Source: Bacilli bacterium (GTDB taxonomy: Bacteria; Bacillota_I; Bacilli_A; RFN20; CAG-826). Taken from it: a stretch of 63,610 nt of DNA. The position numbers were made by a program, and so were the translations under genes. Numbering within the stretch: the first letter of the stretch is position 1; each line of letters opens with the position of its first letter. The DNA is taken from contig JAKSUL010000006.1 in assembly GCA_024409055.1 (NCBI GenBank), positions 1 through 63,610 on the forward strand. Reading direction: 5' to 3'. Shown here piece by piece: positions 1 through 8,734 of this stretch. The notes beneath the pieces were generated by a model. The model had not been told where the DNA came from. It ran no database searches and worked only from the letters and a program-made list of their open reading frames with translations.

Positions 1-19
1 TCAAGATTCATAAATAAAG

Positions 20-57
20 AAAAGCGTTCTACCGATCAAACAGGAGAACGCTTTTTT
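20..57. terminator. Intrinsic (likely bidirectional) terminator
   Basis: Inverted repeat AAAAGCGTTCT (20-30) / AGAACGCTTTT (45-55) with A/T tracts on both sides, just past the stop of the minus-strand GH125 gene. Confidence 0.75.
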
Positions 58-64
58 GTTGCCG

Positions 65-1351
65 TTATTTTTCGATTCGAAGAATTTTCTTAAGACAAAA
101 TTCCGCAAAAAGGGAATTAGCCCATCCAAACCATGCTCTGGTGTAGATGGAAGCGTCGTCTTTGTTGATGCTTTCGTGCATGAGGTTGGTTCCGTTATCG
201 CTATTTAATACCATGGATAGACATTCATCGATCTCTTTTTTGTCTGTCGAAGTGATGCCTTGCATAAGTATCGATAAAGGCCAAATTGTATTTTTTGGTG
301 TATGCGGGCTTCCGATTCCTTTGAGGACGGTCCCCTCGTAGTAATAGTCATTGTCTTTTGACAAAACTAGTTTCCTGGTATTTTCGTATGCTTCTTTGTC
401 GAGATATGGATATTCAAGATATGGAATGCTCAGGAGGCTTGGTATATTGGCGTCATCGTTAGTCGAAAAATGACCATGGCAGTCGGTTTCTGAGACATAA
501 ACTCGGCCTTTTCCTTCTAAATTAACGATGCCGTATCTATTTATTCCCTCTTTCACTTTGGACGAAATCGACGAGCACGTCTCTGCGTATTCGTTTTTCC
601 CTAGCTTTGTTTTAAAGATGTTTTCTAATCTCGTTAAGACGGTCACCAGCAGCATATTATCCGGAATGTGGTAGTGGAATTGGCAAACGTCGTCGCTTGG
701 TCTGAACCCGGTCCAAACAAGCCCGTATGTTTCTGGGTTAACCGAATTCTTTTTGCATTCGATTTTTTGTCTCTCGGTGAAGGTATATCCAAAATAATAA
801 TCGGATTTCTCTTCGTGGTTTTGTTCGATTTCCAATGTCTTCAAAATCACGTCAAAGGCCTTGAAGAAATCGATGCTGAATACTTCTTTGTCACCGGTAT
901 ATTCGTAGTACTTGATTACGAGCCATAGCGGATAGCAAAGGGAGTCTAATTCGAATTTCCTTTCCCACACAATTTTCGAATGTGGGTTTGTTATTGCGGT
1001 TAGGTCCCATTCCCCGTATGAGTTTTCGTTTTCTTTGAAGGCATTGGCGTATGGATCAATGGAAATCATCCTAAGCTGCCTTTTGATGAGGGCTTTGATC
1101 GTTTTGCCTACCTTTTCTTCTTTCGAGAAAGGGAGATAGTGCATCACCTGAACGGAACTATCTCTAAGCCACATGGCGGGTATGTCTCCCGTTATTAGGA
1201 AAACTTCGTCATCGATCCATTTGATGGCTTTTTTCCAGGTGTCGTAAAAGCAATTGTTAAAAGTGAAAACGAGATGGTCGTTCTTGGTCGTTTCGCGAAT
1301 TGCCGCGGCGACGTTATCAAAGTTAATCGTTGATGGTATTGAAGTATTCAT
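65..1351 (-). CDS. GH125 family exo-alpha-1,6-mannosidase-like glycoside hydrolase
   Basis: Motifs TGDIPAMWLRDS, WERKFELDSLCYP, GFRPSDD, DDANIPSLLS, GIGSPHTP, TRAWFGWANSLF; no signal peptide. Confidence 0.9.
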   Translation of the reverse strand: MNTSIPSTINFDNVAAAIRETTKNDHLVFTFNNCFYDTWKKAIKWIDDEVFLITGDIPAMWLRDSSVQVMHYLPFSKEEKVGKTIKALIKRQLRMISIDPYANAFKENENSYGEWDLTAITNPHSKIVWERKFELDSLCYPLWLVIKYYEYTGDKEVFSIDFFKAFDVILKTLEIEQNHEEKSDYYFGYTFTERQKIECKKNSVNPETYGLVWTGFRPSDDVCQFHYHIPDNMLLVTVLTRLENIFKTKLGKNEYAETCSSISSKVKEGINRYGIVNLEGKGRVYVSETDCHGHFSTNDDANIPSLLSIPYLEYPYLDKEAYENTRKLVLSKDNDYYYEGTVLKGIGSPHTPKNTIWPLSILMQGITSTDKKEIDECLSMVLNSDNGTNLMHESINKDDASIYTRAWFGWANSLFAEFCLKKILRIEK

Positions 1352-2555
1352 ATATTCCTGCCGTCCAACCCATCATACTGGGGGTTTCGTATTCGACGGT
1401 TTTTGAAACTTCACCGGTGACGGTGTTGTATTTTTCCCAAAGTTTGCCGGTAGTTTGATAGTTTTTATCAACTACCTGGATATATTGTTTCCTGATAATT
1501 GCAGCTTCTTTTTCCAAACCGACATTCTTTAGAGCGAGATAGCAAAAATAGGCGTTCGATGGCCACATGTGTGGGTAGTCCCATTGAAGATAATCATCTT
1601 CCCCTCTATATGGAGCGGTTGAGATTCCATATTCGTTGTCTAGTGCTTTAAAAAGTTTTAAACAAGCTTCTTTATCCTCGCTTATACCCATTGCGAAAGG
1701 GTAGAAACTTGCCGCGCTGGCGATAGATGAAAGAGACTTATCGACGAAGTTATAATCAAGCAACAAGCCCGTCTTTTCGTCCTCCATGAGCTTCATCATT
1801 TTTTCTTTGCGTGAATTGCCTCTTTTTAAGAAGACCAAAGAATCTTCTTTCCTTCCGATTAATAGAAGCATTTCCGAGAGCTTCATTTCCGCGTCAAAAA
1901 GAATGGAATTTAAGTCTATTTGAGCGAACTCGAGGGAGGCGAATCTATTCGTTTTCGTTTTGAAACGCATGTTGACGTCCCATCCGGATTCTCCGATTGC
2001 GAAGAAATTTCTCGCCATTTCTATTTTGTCGATATTCTTTTCCTCGCCTTTTAATCCGCCGACTCTAGAAACGAAATAATCGTAAGAGTTTAGACATTTA
2101 ATCGAAGTCCAACCGGATTTGTATTGATTTAATCCGCATGGAGACATCCTATCGTATGCCCAAAAATCCATTTCGGTGATCAAGGCGTTAACGAATAGTT
2201 CTATATCCTTTTTGTCGCCCGTCTTTTTGTATAAGTCGTACACGCCTCTAGTAAAAAATGGAGGCTGGCTTCCGAAAATTAGGTGGTCAGCATTGGGAAC
2301 GAATCCATATGAGTCCACAAAAAACTTCATTATCAGGAGGTTGTTTCTGGCTTGTTCGATCATTCCGTCTTGGAGCAACCCGATATTGGTGAAATAAGTG
2401 TCCCAATAGTAGAAGTTCTTGAAACAATCATCGATACACGGAGTGGTGTATGGAACGGGTAACTTGACGTTGCTTAGCTTGGCGTCTTCTTCTTTTTTAG
2501 GGTCTCTTATCGTTTTTGCCCAGTTTTTAAGGATGTATTCATGCGTGGAATCCAT
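1323..2555 (-). CDS. Trehalase-family (GH37-like) glycoside hydrolase
   Basis: Motifs YYWDTYF, SQPPFF, ESGWD, DLNSILF, QWDYPHMWP, LWEKYN, MGWT. Confidence 0.8.
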   Translation of the reverse strand: MDSTHEYILKNWAKTIRDPKKEEDAKLSNVKLPVPYTTPCIDDCFKNFYYWDTYFTNIGLLQDGMIEQARNNLLIMKFFVDSYGFVPNADHLIFGSQPPFFTRGVYDLYKKTGDKKDIELFVNALITEMDFWAYDRMSPCGLNQYKSGWTSIKCLNSYDYFVSRVGGLKGEEKNIDKIEMARNFFAIGESGWDVNMRFKTKTNRFASLEFAQIDLNSILFDAEMKLSEMLLLIGRKEDSLVFLKRGNSRKEKMMKLMEDEKTGLLLDYNFVDKSLSSIASAASFYPFAMGISEDKEACLKLFKALDNEYGISTAPYRGEDDYLQWDYPHMWPSNAYFCYLALKNVGLEKEAAIIRKQYIQVVDKNYQTTGKLWEKYNTVTGEVSKTVEYETPSMMGWTAGIYEYFNTIND

Positions 2556-2558
2556 GGA

Positions 2559-3449
2559 TTAATAGTACCTTTCTTTTTGGACGTTTTTCCTAAACAAAGA
2601 AGGAGAAACACCAGCGTTTTTCTTAAAGCAAAGGGAGAAATACTGAACTGTTCCGAAGTTGAGAGCTTCCGCGATTTGGTTGACGCTGCTCTCGGTCTCG
2701 GTTAGAAGTCGTTTCGCCTCGGCTATTTTCAATTCGTAATAATACGAGCTAATCGTATACCCAGTATTCGCTTTGAAGTGGCGGCACAAATAGTTTTTCG
2801 AATAGCTGAGATTGTCCGATAGCTGTTCCAAATTAAATTTTTCGTAAAGGTTTTGTTTCAAAATGTCGATGATTTTATACGAAAGAGCGGAATAATTCCT
2901 GACTCCATTGCCGCCTGTGTCCTTTTTTCCTTCCACGAGGGATATGAGGAAAAGTTCCAATTTGTTTTTGATGATTTGTTTGAATCCGTATGGAACTGCT
3001 TCCGGGATCATCTTCTTTTTCTTATCGCTGAACCATATTTGCCTCGAAGAGGTGAGATGTCTGCCGGCGTATTCGAATATTTCGCTTAATGCGTATATCT
3101 GCTCGTTGCTCAACTTGATGACTTGGTCAAAGAGAAAAGAAAGATCTGGAGACGATGTTAAAAAACTTGTGATGGAGACTCTGGAAGAACAGTTGTTGTT
3201 CATGTCTCTATGAACGGAATACGGCTTATGCAAAAAGGCTTCCCCGGCATTAAGAACGTATTCTTTGCCGTCCTCGATTGTAATGAGACTTCCTTTGTTG
3301 ACGAAAAGAAGTTCCAATTGTCTGTGGCTTTCGGTGATTCCTTCGTAATTCTTTGGAAAATTGTAAACAAACATCGTTGAAAACGATGTAAGGGTTATGC
3401 ATTCCTCGAACTTATAAGTTTCTAGAGAATTTTTAATTAAATGCCCCAT
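2559..3449 (-). CDS. AraC family transcriptional regulator
   Basis: N-terminal cupin-like region (ESHRQLELLFV..GEAFLHKPYSVH) and C-terminal double HTH (YSKNYLCRHFK..IAEALNFGTVQYFSLCFKKNAGVSPS). Confidence 0.92.
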   Translation of the reverse strand: MGHLIKNSLETYKFEECITLTSFSTMFVYNFPKNYEGITESHRQLELLFVNKGSLITIEDGKEYVLNAGEAFLHKPYSVHRDMNNNCSSRVSITSFLTSSPDLSFLFDQVIKLSNEQIYALSEIFEYAGRHLTSSRQIWFSDKKKKMIPEAVPYGFKQIIKNKLELFLISLVEGKKDTGGNGVRNYSALSYKIIDILKQNLYEKFNLEQLSDNLSYSKNYLCRHFKANTGYTISSYYYELKIAEAKRLLTETESSVNQIAEALNFGTVQYFSLCFKKNAGVSPSLFRKNVQKERYY

Positions 3450-3595
3450 AACGCGTTTTTCCCATTATATCACATAAAATATTTTTATAATTTATGCGTC
3501 TATTTATAAAATATTGATTATCAATATTAAAAACTTTGTTTTAAATATATGATTAGGTATCAAAACATATAGATTTCAACAGAGGAGCGTATTTT
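3450..3595. promoter_or_regulatory. Divergent promoter region (araC / ABC operon) with 19-bp palindrome
   Basis: AT-rich; minus-strand extended -10 TGATATAAT (3464-3472); plus-strand TATGAT (3548-3553); palindrome AATATTGAT-T-ATCAATATT (3510-3528); RBS GAGGAG before 3596. Confidence 0.55.
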
Positions 3596-5152
3596 ATGGC
3601 GAATCTTAAGCTGAAAGGGGTAAACAAAGTTTATCCTAATGGTGTTCAGGCCGTTTTCGATTTCAACGTCGATATTAAAGACAAGGAATTTATTGTTTTC
3701 GTCGGCCCTTCTGGATGCGGTAAATCTACGACTCTTAGAATGGTCGCCGGATTAGAAACCATCACTAGCGGGGAATTCTATATCGATGGCCAATTGATGA
3801 ACTCGGTTGAACCTAAAGATAGAAACATCGCCATGGTTTTCCAAAACTACGCCTTGTATCCTCATTTCACCGTTTACGAAAACCTAAGATTTGCTTTGAA
3901 ACTCAGGAAGGTTCCAAGGCCGATTTATACGAATCTTGAAGATCCCGAAATCGTCGCACTTACGAAAGAGAATCAAGAATTGTTTGCGACCGCCAATAAA
4001 TACAACAGGCAGTTCAAGAAGAAACAGTACGACGACAATCTTCTAATCGAAAGAAGAGAGGTCTACAAAAAGATCTTTGAAAACGAGGAAAAGCTCCAGG
4101 GCCTTTACGTTCAAGCCGTCGGCATTGACGAATATTCAATAAACAAAGCCACCAAGCTTATCGCGAAGTTAAAGAAGGACATCGCGCATAACGAAAAGAT
4201 TATTTCTCGCTATGTTGAGGATTATCCGGAAGAAACCAAGAGATTTGTTGAATCGAACGAGAACATCGCGAAACAAATCAAAAACGTCGAAGAAAAACTC
4301 GAATATTTGAAGACTCACGAAGTTCCGCTTAATCAGGTTCGCCACCTCACCAAATATGAGATGGACCTCGAAATCAACAAAGCGGCGGACTCCATCGATC
4401 TTGAAAGATACCTTTACCGCAAACCGGCCGCTCTTTCTGGTGGCCAGAGGCAGCGTGTTGCTTTAGGGCGCGCCATCGTTAGGAAACCAGCCGTTTTCTT
4501 GATGGACGAGCCTCTTTCTAACCTTGACGCTAAGTTAAGAGTCCAAACCAGGTCTGAGATCATCAAGATTCACGAAAGAGTTGGTGCCACGACCATTTAT
4601 GTCACCCACGACCAGACCGAAGCCATGACTATGGCGGATCGCATTGTCGTTATGAAAGACGGTTATATTCAGCAGGTCGGCGCTCCAAAAGAGCTCTTCA
4701 AAGATCCGGCCAATAAATTCGTCGCATCCTTCATTGGAAGTCCGGCTATGAACTTTATCTCCGGAACATATTCGAACGGGGTCTTCAAAGGCGAAATGAA
4801 AGAAGGGCTAGTCGAGGCCGTCGGTAACGAATCGTTTGAGTACGAAGTTCCCTCCGCCTATAAAGCGATGCTCACCCCCTACGAAGGAAAGAAAGTCATT
4901 TTGGGCGTGAGACCAGAAGATATCGAAATTAAAAAGGCTACCGGCAAGAAGAGCGGTGGAACCCTCGTTAATTGCGATTATGTCGAACTTCTTGGATATG
5001 ACTTAATGGTTTATGCCTACATCCTCGGAAATAAGGTAGTCGTTAAATCGGAAGAAAATACTGGCATTGCCATGGGAGATGATGGCTACATCACCTTCAA
5101 AGAAGACGCTGTCTATTTCTTCGATGGCGAAACCGAGCAGAGAATCCGTTAA
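3596..5152 (+). CDS. Sugar ABC transporter ATP-binding protein (MsmX/UgpC/MalK type) with large coiled-coil insertion
   Basis: Walker A GPSGCGKST, Q-loop VFQNYALYPH, signature LSGGQRQR, Walker B FLMDEPLSNLD, H-loop YVTHDQ, FIGSP, C-terminal TOBE-like GVRPED; about 143 aa insert after LRKVP. Confidence 0.92.
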   Translation: MANLKLKGVNKVYPNGVQAVFDFNVDIKDKEFIVFVGPSGCGKSTTLRMVAGLETITSGEFYIDGQLMNSVEPKDRNIAMVFQNYALYPHFTVYENLRFALKLRKVPRPIYTNLEDPEIVALTKENQELFATANKYNRQFKKKQYDDNLLIERREVYKKIFENEEKLQGLYVQAVGIDEYSINKATKLIAKLKKDIAHNEKIISRYVEDYPEETKRFVESNENIAKQIKNVEEKLEYLKTHEVPLNQVRHLTKYEMDLEINKAADSIDLERYLYRKPAALSGGQRQRVALGRAIVRKPAVFLMDEPLSNLDAKLRVQTRSEIIKIHERVGATTIYVTHDQTEAMTMADRIVVMKDGYIQQVGAPKELFKDPANKFVASFIGSPAMNFISGTYSNGVFKGEMKEGLVEAVGNESFEYEVPSAYKAMLTPYEGKKVILGVRPEDIEIKKATGKKSGGTLVNCDYVELLGYDLMVYAYILGNKVVVKSEENTGIAMGDDGYITFKEDAVYFFDGETEQRIR

Positions 5153-5157
5153 AGATT

Positions 5158-6168
5158 ATGGAAAAAGATATAGCGAAGAAAAAGAAACCTCTTTGGCGGA
5201 GAATAAGGAACTTCTTCTACGAGAAAGACCGTAAAGTCTTCGGAAGCAGGCACCTTGCCGCCGGCCCAGTTCTTAGCAAAAGAAGGACTTCACTTTTTAT
5301 CGTGGCCCTCCTTTTCATTCCTATTGCTCACTGGTTGGTCTTCTGGTTATACATCAACATCAATTCAATTTTCTTGGCTTTCCAGGATTTCAGAACCGGG
5401 GAGGCTACGTTTGTAAACTTCCAGTTATTCTGGGAAAAACTTACTAGCCCGGTTGGGAACGAAATCGGCATCGCACTTAGAAACACTCTTATTTATTTCG
5501 GCACAACGGTCCTTGTCACAATGCCGTTATCATTCGTCATCGCTTACTTCCTATATAAGAAGATTCTTGGACACAGGATTTTTAGGATCATTTTCTACTT
5601 ACCTGCCATTATCTCTGGCGTTGCTCTTGTCGCAGCCTTTAAGGAAATGGTGGCCCCGTATGGTTTTATTTCCAAAATATTGGAATTCTTCGGCATGGAG
5701 ATTCCTGAAGGCGGTCTTCTTTATGACAACACTACCGCGACAGGAACGATCGTCGTGTATTGCATATTGACCGGATTCACCACCAATGTCTTGCTTTTCT
5801 CCGGCGCAATGGCCCGCGTTCCTCAGGAAGTTTTGGAATCAGCTAGGTTAGAAGGATGCGGATCCTTTAGGGAATTAGTGGAAATCATCTTCCCGCTTAT
5901 TTGGCCGACTTTTGCCACTCAGTTAATTTTCACGATGACCGGTTTATTCACAGCGTCTGGCCCGATTATGCTTTTCGACAAGATGAACAATTACGAGACC
6001 ATCACCATCTCGTATTGGATTTACCGTGAAATCTACGGAACCGGATTGGGCGGAACCGGAAACTACAACCTCGTTAGCGCCACCGGTTTGGTTTTCACTC
6101 TCATCGGATTCCCGATCATTATGCTTACCAGGTTCTTAACCGATAAGGTTGAGCCGGTCGAATACTAG
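5158..6168 (+). CDS. Carbohydrate ABC transporter permease (MalF/UgpA type)
   Basis: Multiple hydrophobic helices, FRIIFYLPAII, EAA-like loop EVLESARLEGCG. Confidence 0.9.
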   Translation: MEKDIAKKKKPLWRRIRNFFYEKDRKVFGSRHLAAGPVLSKRRTSLFIVALLFIPIAHWLVFWLYININSIFLAFQDFRTGEATFVNFQLFWEKLTSPVGNEIGIALRNTLIYFGTTVLVTMPLSFVIAYFLYKKILGHRIFRIIFYLPAIISGVALVAAFKEMVAPYGFISKILEFFGMEIPEGGLLYDNTTATGTIVVYCILTGFTTNVLLFSGAMARVPQEVLESARLEGCGSFRELVEIIFPLIWPTFATQLIFTMTGLFTASGPIMLFDKMNNYETITISYWIYREIYGTGLGGTGNYNLVSATGLVFTLIGFPIIMLTRFLTDKVEPVEY

Positions 6169-6179
6169 GAGGTCATAAC

Positions 6180-7094
6180 ATGAAAAGAATTCCTAGTGCA
6201 TTAAGAATCAAGACCGATAAGGTCAAGAAATCCTTTGGCGAAAAAGTTATTTTCTCCATCGTCTTCGTTTTGTTTGCCATATACGCTGCCGCGATTCTTT
6301 ATCCTTTGGTGTATCTCGTTTTCGTCTCCATGTTTATGGATGCGGAAAACTATATCTTCATGATTACGGGCATTGCCGATGTATCGCTAGCTCCTCACTT
6401 TGAGAACTATATAAACGCTCTTAACATCTCTGTTCTAGATTCGGTTGGTAACGAAGTATTCATGCCACAGATGTTCTTCAACTCTATATGGTATTGCTTC
6501 TTCTCTATTGCCGGCGGCGTTCTTATGTCCTGCTTTACGGGATACGTGGTCGCAAAATACAAATTTAGAGGCAGGGGGCTTATCTATGCCGTCGCCATTT
6601 TCTGCATGACCATTCCGATCGTCGGTACCGGCGGCGCTGCCTTCAAGTTAATCTTTGATCTTGGCCTATACAACACGCCGATTTATATCATCGTTGCTTC
6701 TTTGGGCGGCTTTGGATTCAACTTCCTAATCATGTATGCCTTCTTCAAGAATGTCTCTTGGAGCTATGTCGAGGCTGTCTTGATCGATGGAGGCGGACAC
6801 TTCACGGCCTTTTTCAAAGTCATGCTTCCGCAGGCCAAACCTTCCTTAATCACATTAGCCATTTTGGCCTTCATTGGATGCTGGAACGATTATTCGACCC
6901 CACTTCTATACTTGCCGGACTATCCGACGGTAGCAAGCGGTGTCTATCAAATTCAAACTGCCGCCGAAAGAAGCGGCGAAACCCCATTGGTATTCGCGGG
7001 ATTGGCCTTGTCCATTATCCCGGTAATCATTCTCTTCGCCATTTGCTCGGAAAGAATCATGAAGAACCTTTCCATCGGCGGATTGAAGGGATAA
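6180..7094 (+). CDS. Carbohydrate ABC transporter permease (MalG/UgpE type)
   Basis: TM helices, KYKFRGR, EAA loop YVEAVLIDGGG, WNDY, C-terminal GGLKG. Confidence 0.92.
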   Translation: MKRIPSALRIKTDKVKKSFGEKVIFSIVFVLFAIYAAAILYPLVYLVFVSMFMDAENYIFMITGIADVSLAPHFENYINALNISVLDSVGNEVFMPQMFFNSIWYCFFSIAGGVLMSCFTGYVVAKYKFRGRGLIYAVAIFCMTIPIVGTGGAAFKLIFDLGLYNTPIYIIVASLGGFGFNFLIMYAFFKNVSWSYVEAVLIDGGGHFTAFFKVMLPQAKPSLITLAILAFIGCWNDYSTPLLYLPDYPTVASGVYQIQTAAERSGETPLVFAGLALSIIPVIILFAICSERIMKNLSIGGLKG

Positions 7095-7133
7095 ATACAA
7101 AACAACAAATTTAATAAGTCAGGAGGATTTGCA

Positions 7134-8732
7134 ATGAAAAACAATCGCTTATTAATCGCTATGACGACTTCCATGCTCTGTGCTACGCTTCTTAGCGCCT
7201 GTGGAGGCAACAAGGTCCGTGACGACGCTCAGTCACTTCAGATTTTCTGCGTCGATGCCGGATATAGAACCCAGTGGGTTTCTGACATCAAAGACCTTTT
7301 CGTCCAAGAGGATTGGGTCAAACAGAAATACCCAAACCTCAACGTCAGGATCGACACCAGCAAAGATCAGACCTACGGAAGAACTCGTATGGACGCAGGA
7401 AGAAGCTCCAACACAATCGACCTTTTCTTCGATATGGGCTTAACCAACTACAACGGAAGCGACGATCTTCTTGATTTGACCGAGACCGTTTATAACTCAT
7501 CGGTTCCAGGCGAAGATACTTTGTTTAAAAACAAAATCGATGCTTCTTATCTTGAAGCCTTCACTTTTGATGGACAAAGCGATCCCGCCAAAAAAGGCCA
7601 CCAATTCTTTGCCCCGTGGGCTGGTGGTATGACCGGCATTCTTTATAACGCCGACATATTCTCTTCCCTCAACTACACCGTTCCGAACACGACTGACGAG
7701 CTCGTCGCCCTTTGCGCCGATTATCAAGGAAGAGGAACGGAAACTTCCCCGAAATACTGTTTCATCCAAGGAAACGACGAAACTTACTTCAATTACCTCT
7801 TCGATATTTTCTGGACCCAATACCAAGCTAGAGAAGGATACCTTGATTTCGTCAACGGAATCGCCGATAACGTCGTCTCCAAAGACATCTTTAAGCAGCA
7901 GGGCAGGATGGAAGCTCTTCTTGTTTATGAATCTTTAGTCAAAAACGAGAAGCACTTCGTCAACCCGAACTCAATCAACCAAGGATTCGCCGTCGCTCAG
8001 GCCATGTTCTTAAAAGGTGAGGCTTTGTTCAACGTCAACGGCGACTGGTTTGTCTCCGAAACCAAAGACATCAAAGGAAAGATCACAAACCCGGCTTCCA
8101 TCAAGATGATGAAGACCCCGATCATTTCCGCTATTAAGAACGTTGTGCCGGATTCTTCCATTGGAGACGATGCCGAGCTTTCGGCTTTGGTTAAGGCCAT
8201 CGATTCTCACGACACTTCCCTTTCTGGAGCCGGATACGAAGTCACCCAAGCCGACTACGATTACGTAAAAGCCGCTAGGGCCATCACTTACTCTATCGGA
8301 GCCGGTCACCACGCCGCCATTCCAAGCTATGCCACAGCTAAGGGTTTGGCCGCTGACTTCATCAGGTATTTAGCCACTGATAAGGCCATCGAAGCTTACA
8401 TCAAAGCCACCGATGGTGCTTCCATGCCTTTCGCTTATGACCTCGAAACCAAGAACCCGGCCTTATTCGCCAAAATCGATCCGATCCACCAGAGCAGGGT
8501 CCAATATTTTGCCGATACGTTCATCGATCCTTATACTCTTCCGAACAAATATATGTTCCCTCTCATCAAATACGGCGGAGTCGATACTTTCAAATTAGCT
8601 AATGGCTATGACTTCTTCGTCCAGATGGGCAAAAAGAACGGAGCCAAGACTCCTCAGCAATATTGGGATGAAACCATTTCGTATTGGACTGACGATAAAT
8701 GGCAGGACGCTTGCGAAAGAGCGGGTATCTAA
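7134..8732 (+). CDS. ABC transporter solute-binding lipoprotein (sugar family 1)
   Basis: Lipobox LSAC; GILYNADIF, FLKGEALFNVNGDW, AADFIRYLATD; follows two permeases; RBS AGGAGG. Confidence 0.85.
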   Translation: MKNNRLLIAMTTSMLCATLLSACGGNKVRDDAQSLQIFCVDAGYRTQWVSDIKDLFVQEDWVKQKYPNLNVRIDTSKDQTYGRTRMDAGRSSNTIDLFFDMGLTNYNGSDDLLDLTETVYNSSVPGEDTLFKNKIDASYLEAFTFDGQSDPAKKGHQFFAPWAGGMTGILYNADIFSSLNYTVPNTTDELVALCADYQGRGTETSPKYCFIQGNDETYFNYLFDIFWTQYQAREGYLDFVNGIADNVVSKDIFKQQGRMEALLVYESLVKNEKHFVNPNSINQGFAVAQAMFLKGEALFNVNGDWFVSETKDIKGKITNPASIKMMKTPIISAIKNVVPDSSIGDDAELSALVKAIDSHDTSLSGAGYEVTQADYDYVKAARAITYSIGAGHHAAIPSYATAKGLAADFIRYLATDKAIEAYIKATDGASMPFAYDLETKNPALFAKIDPIHQSRVQYFADTFIDPYTLPNKYMFPLIKYGGVDTFKLANGYDFFVQMGKKNGAKTPQQYWDETISYWTDDKWQDACERAGI

Positions 8733-8734
8733 TC

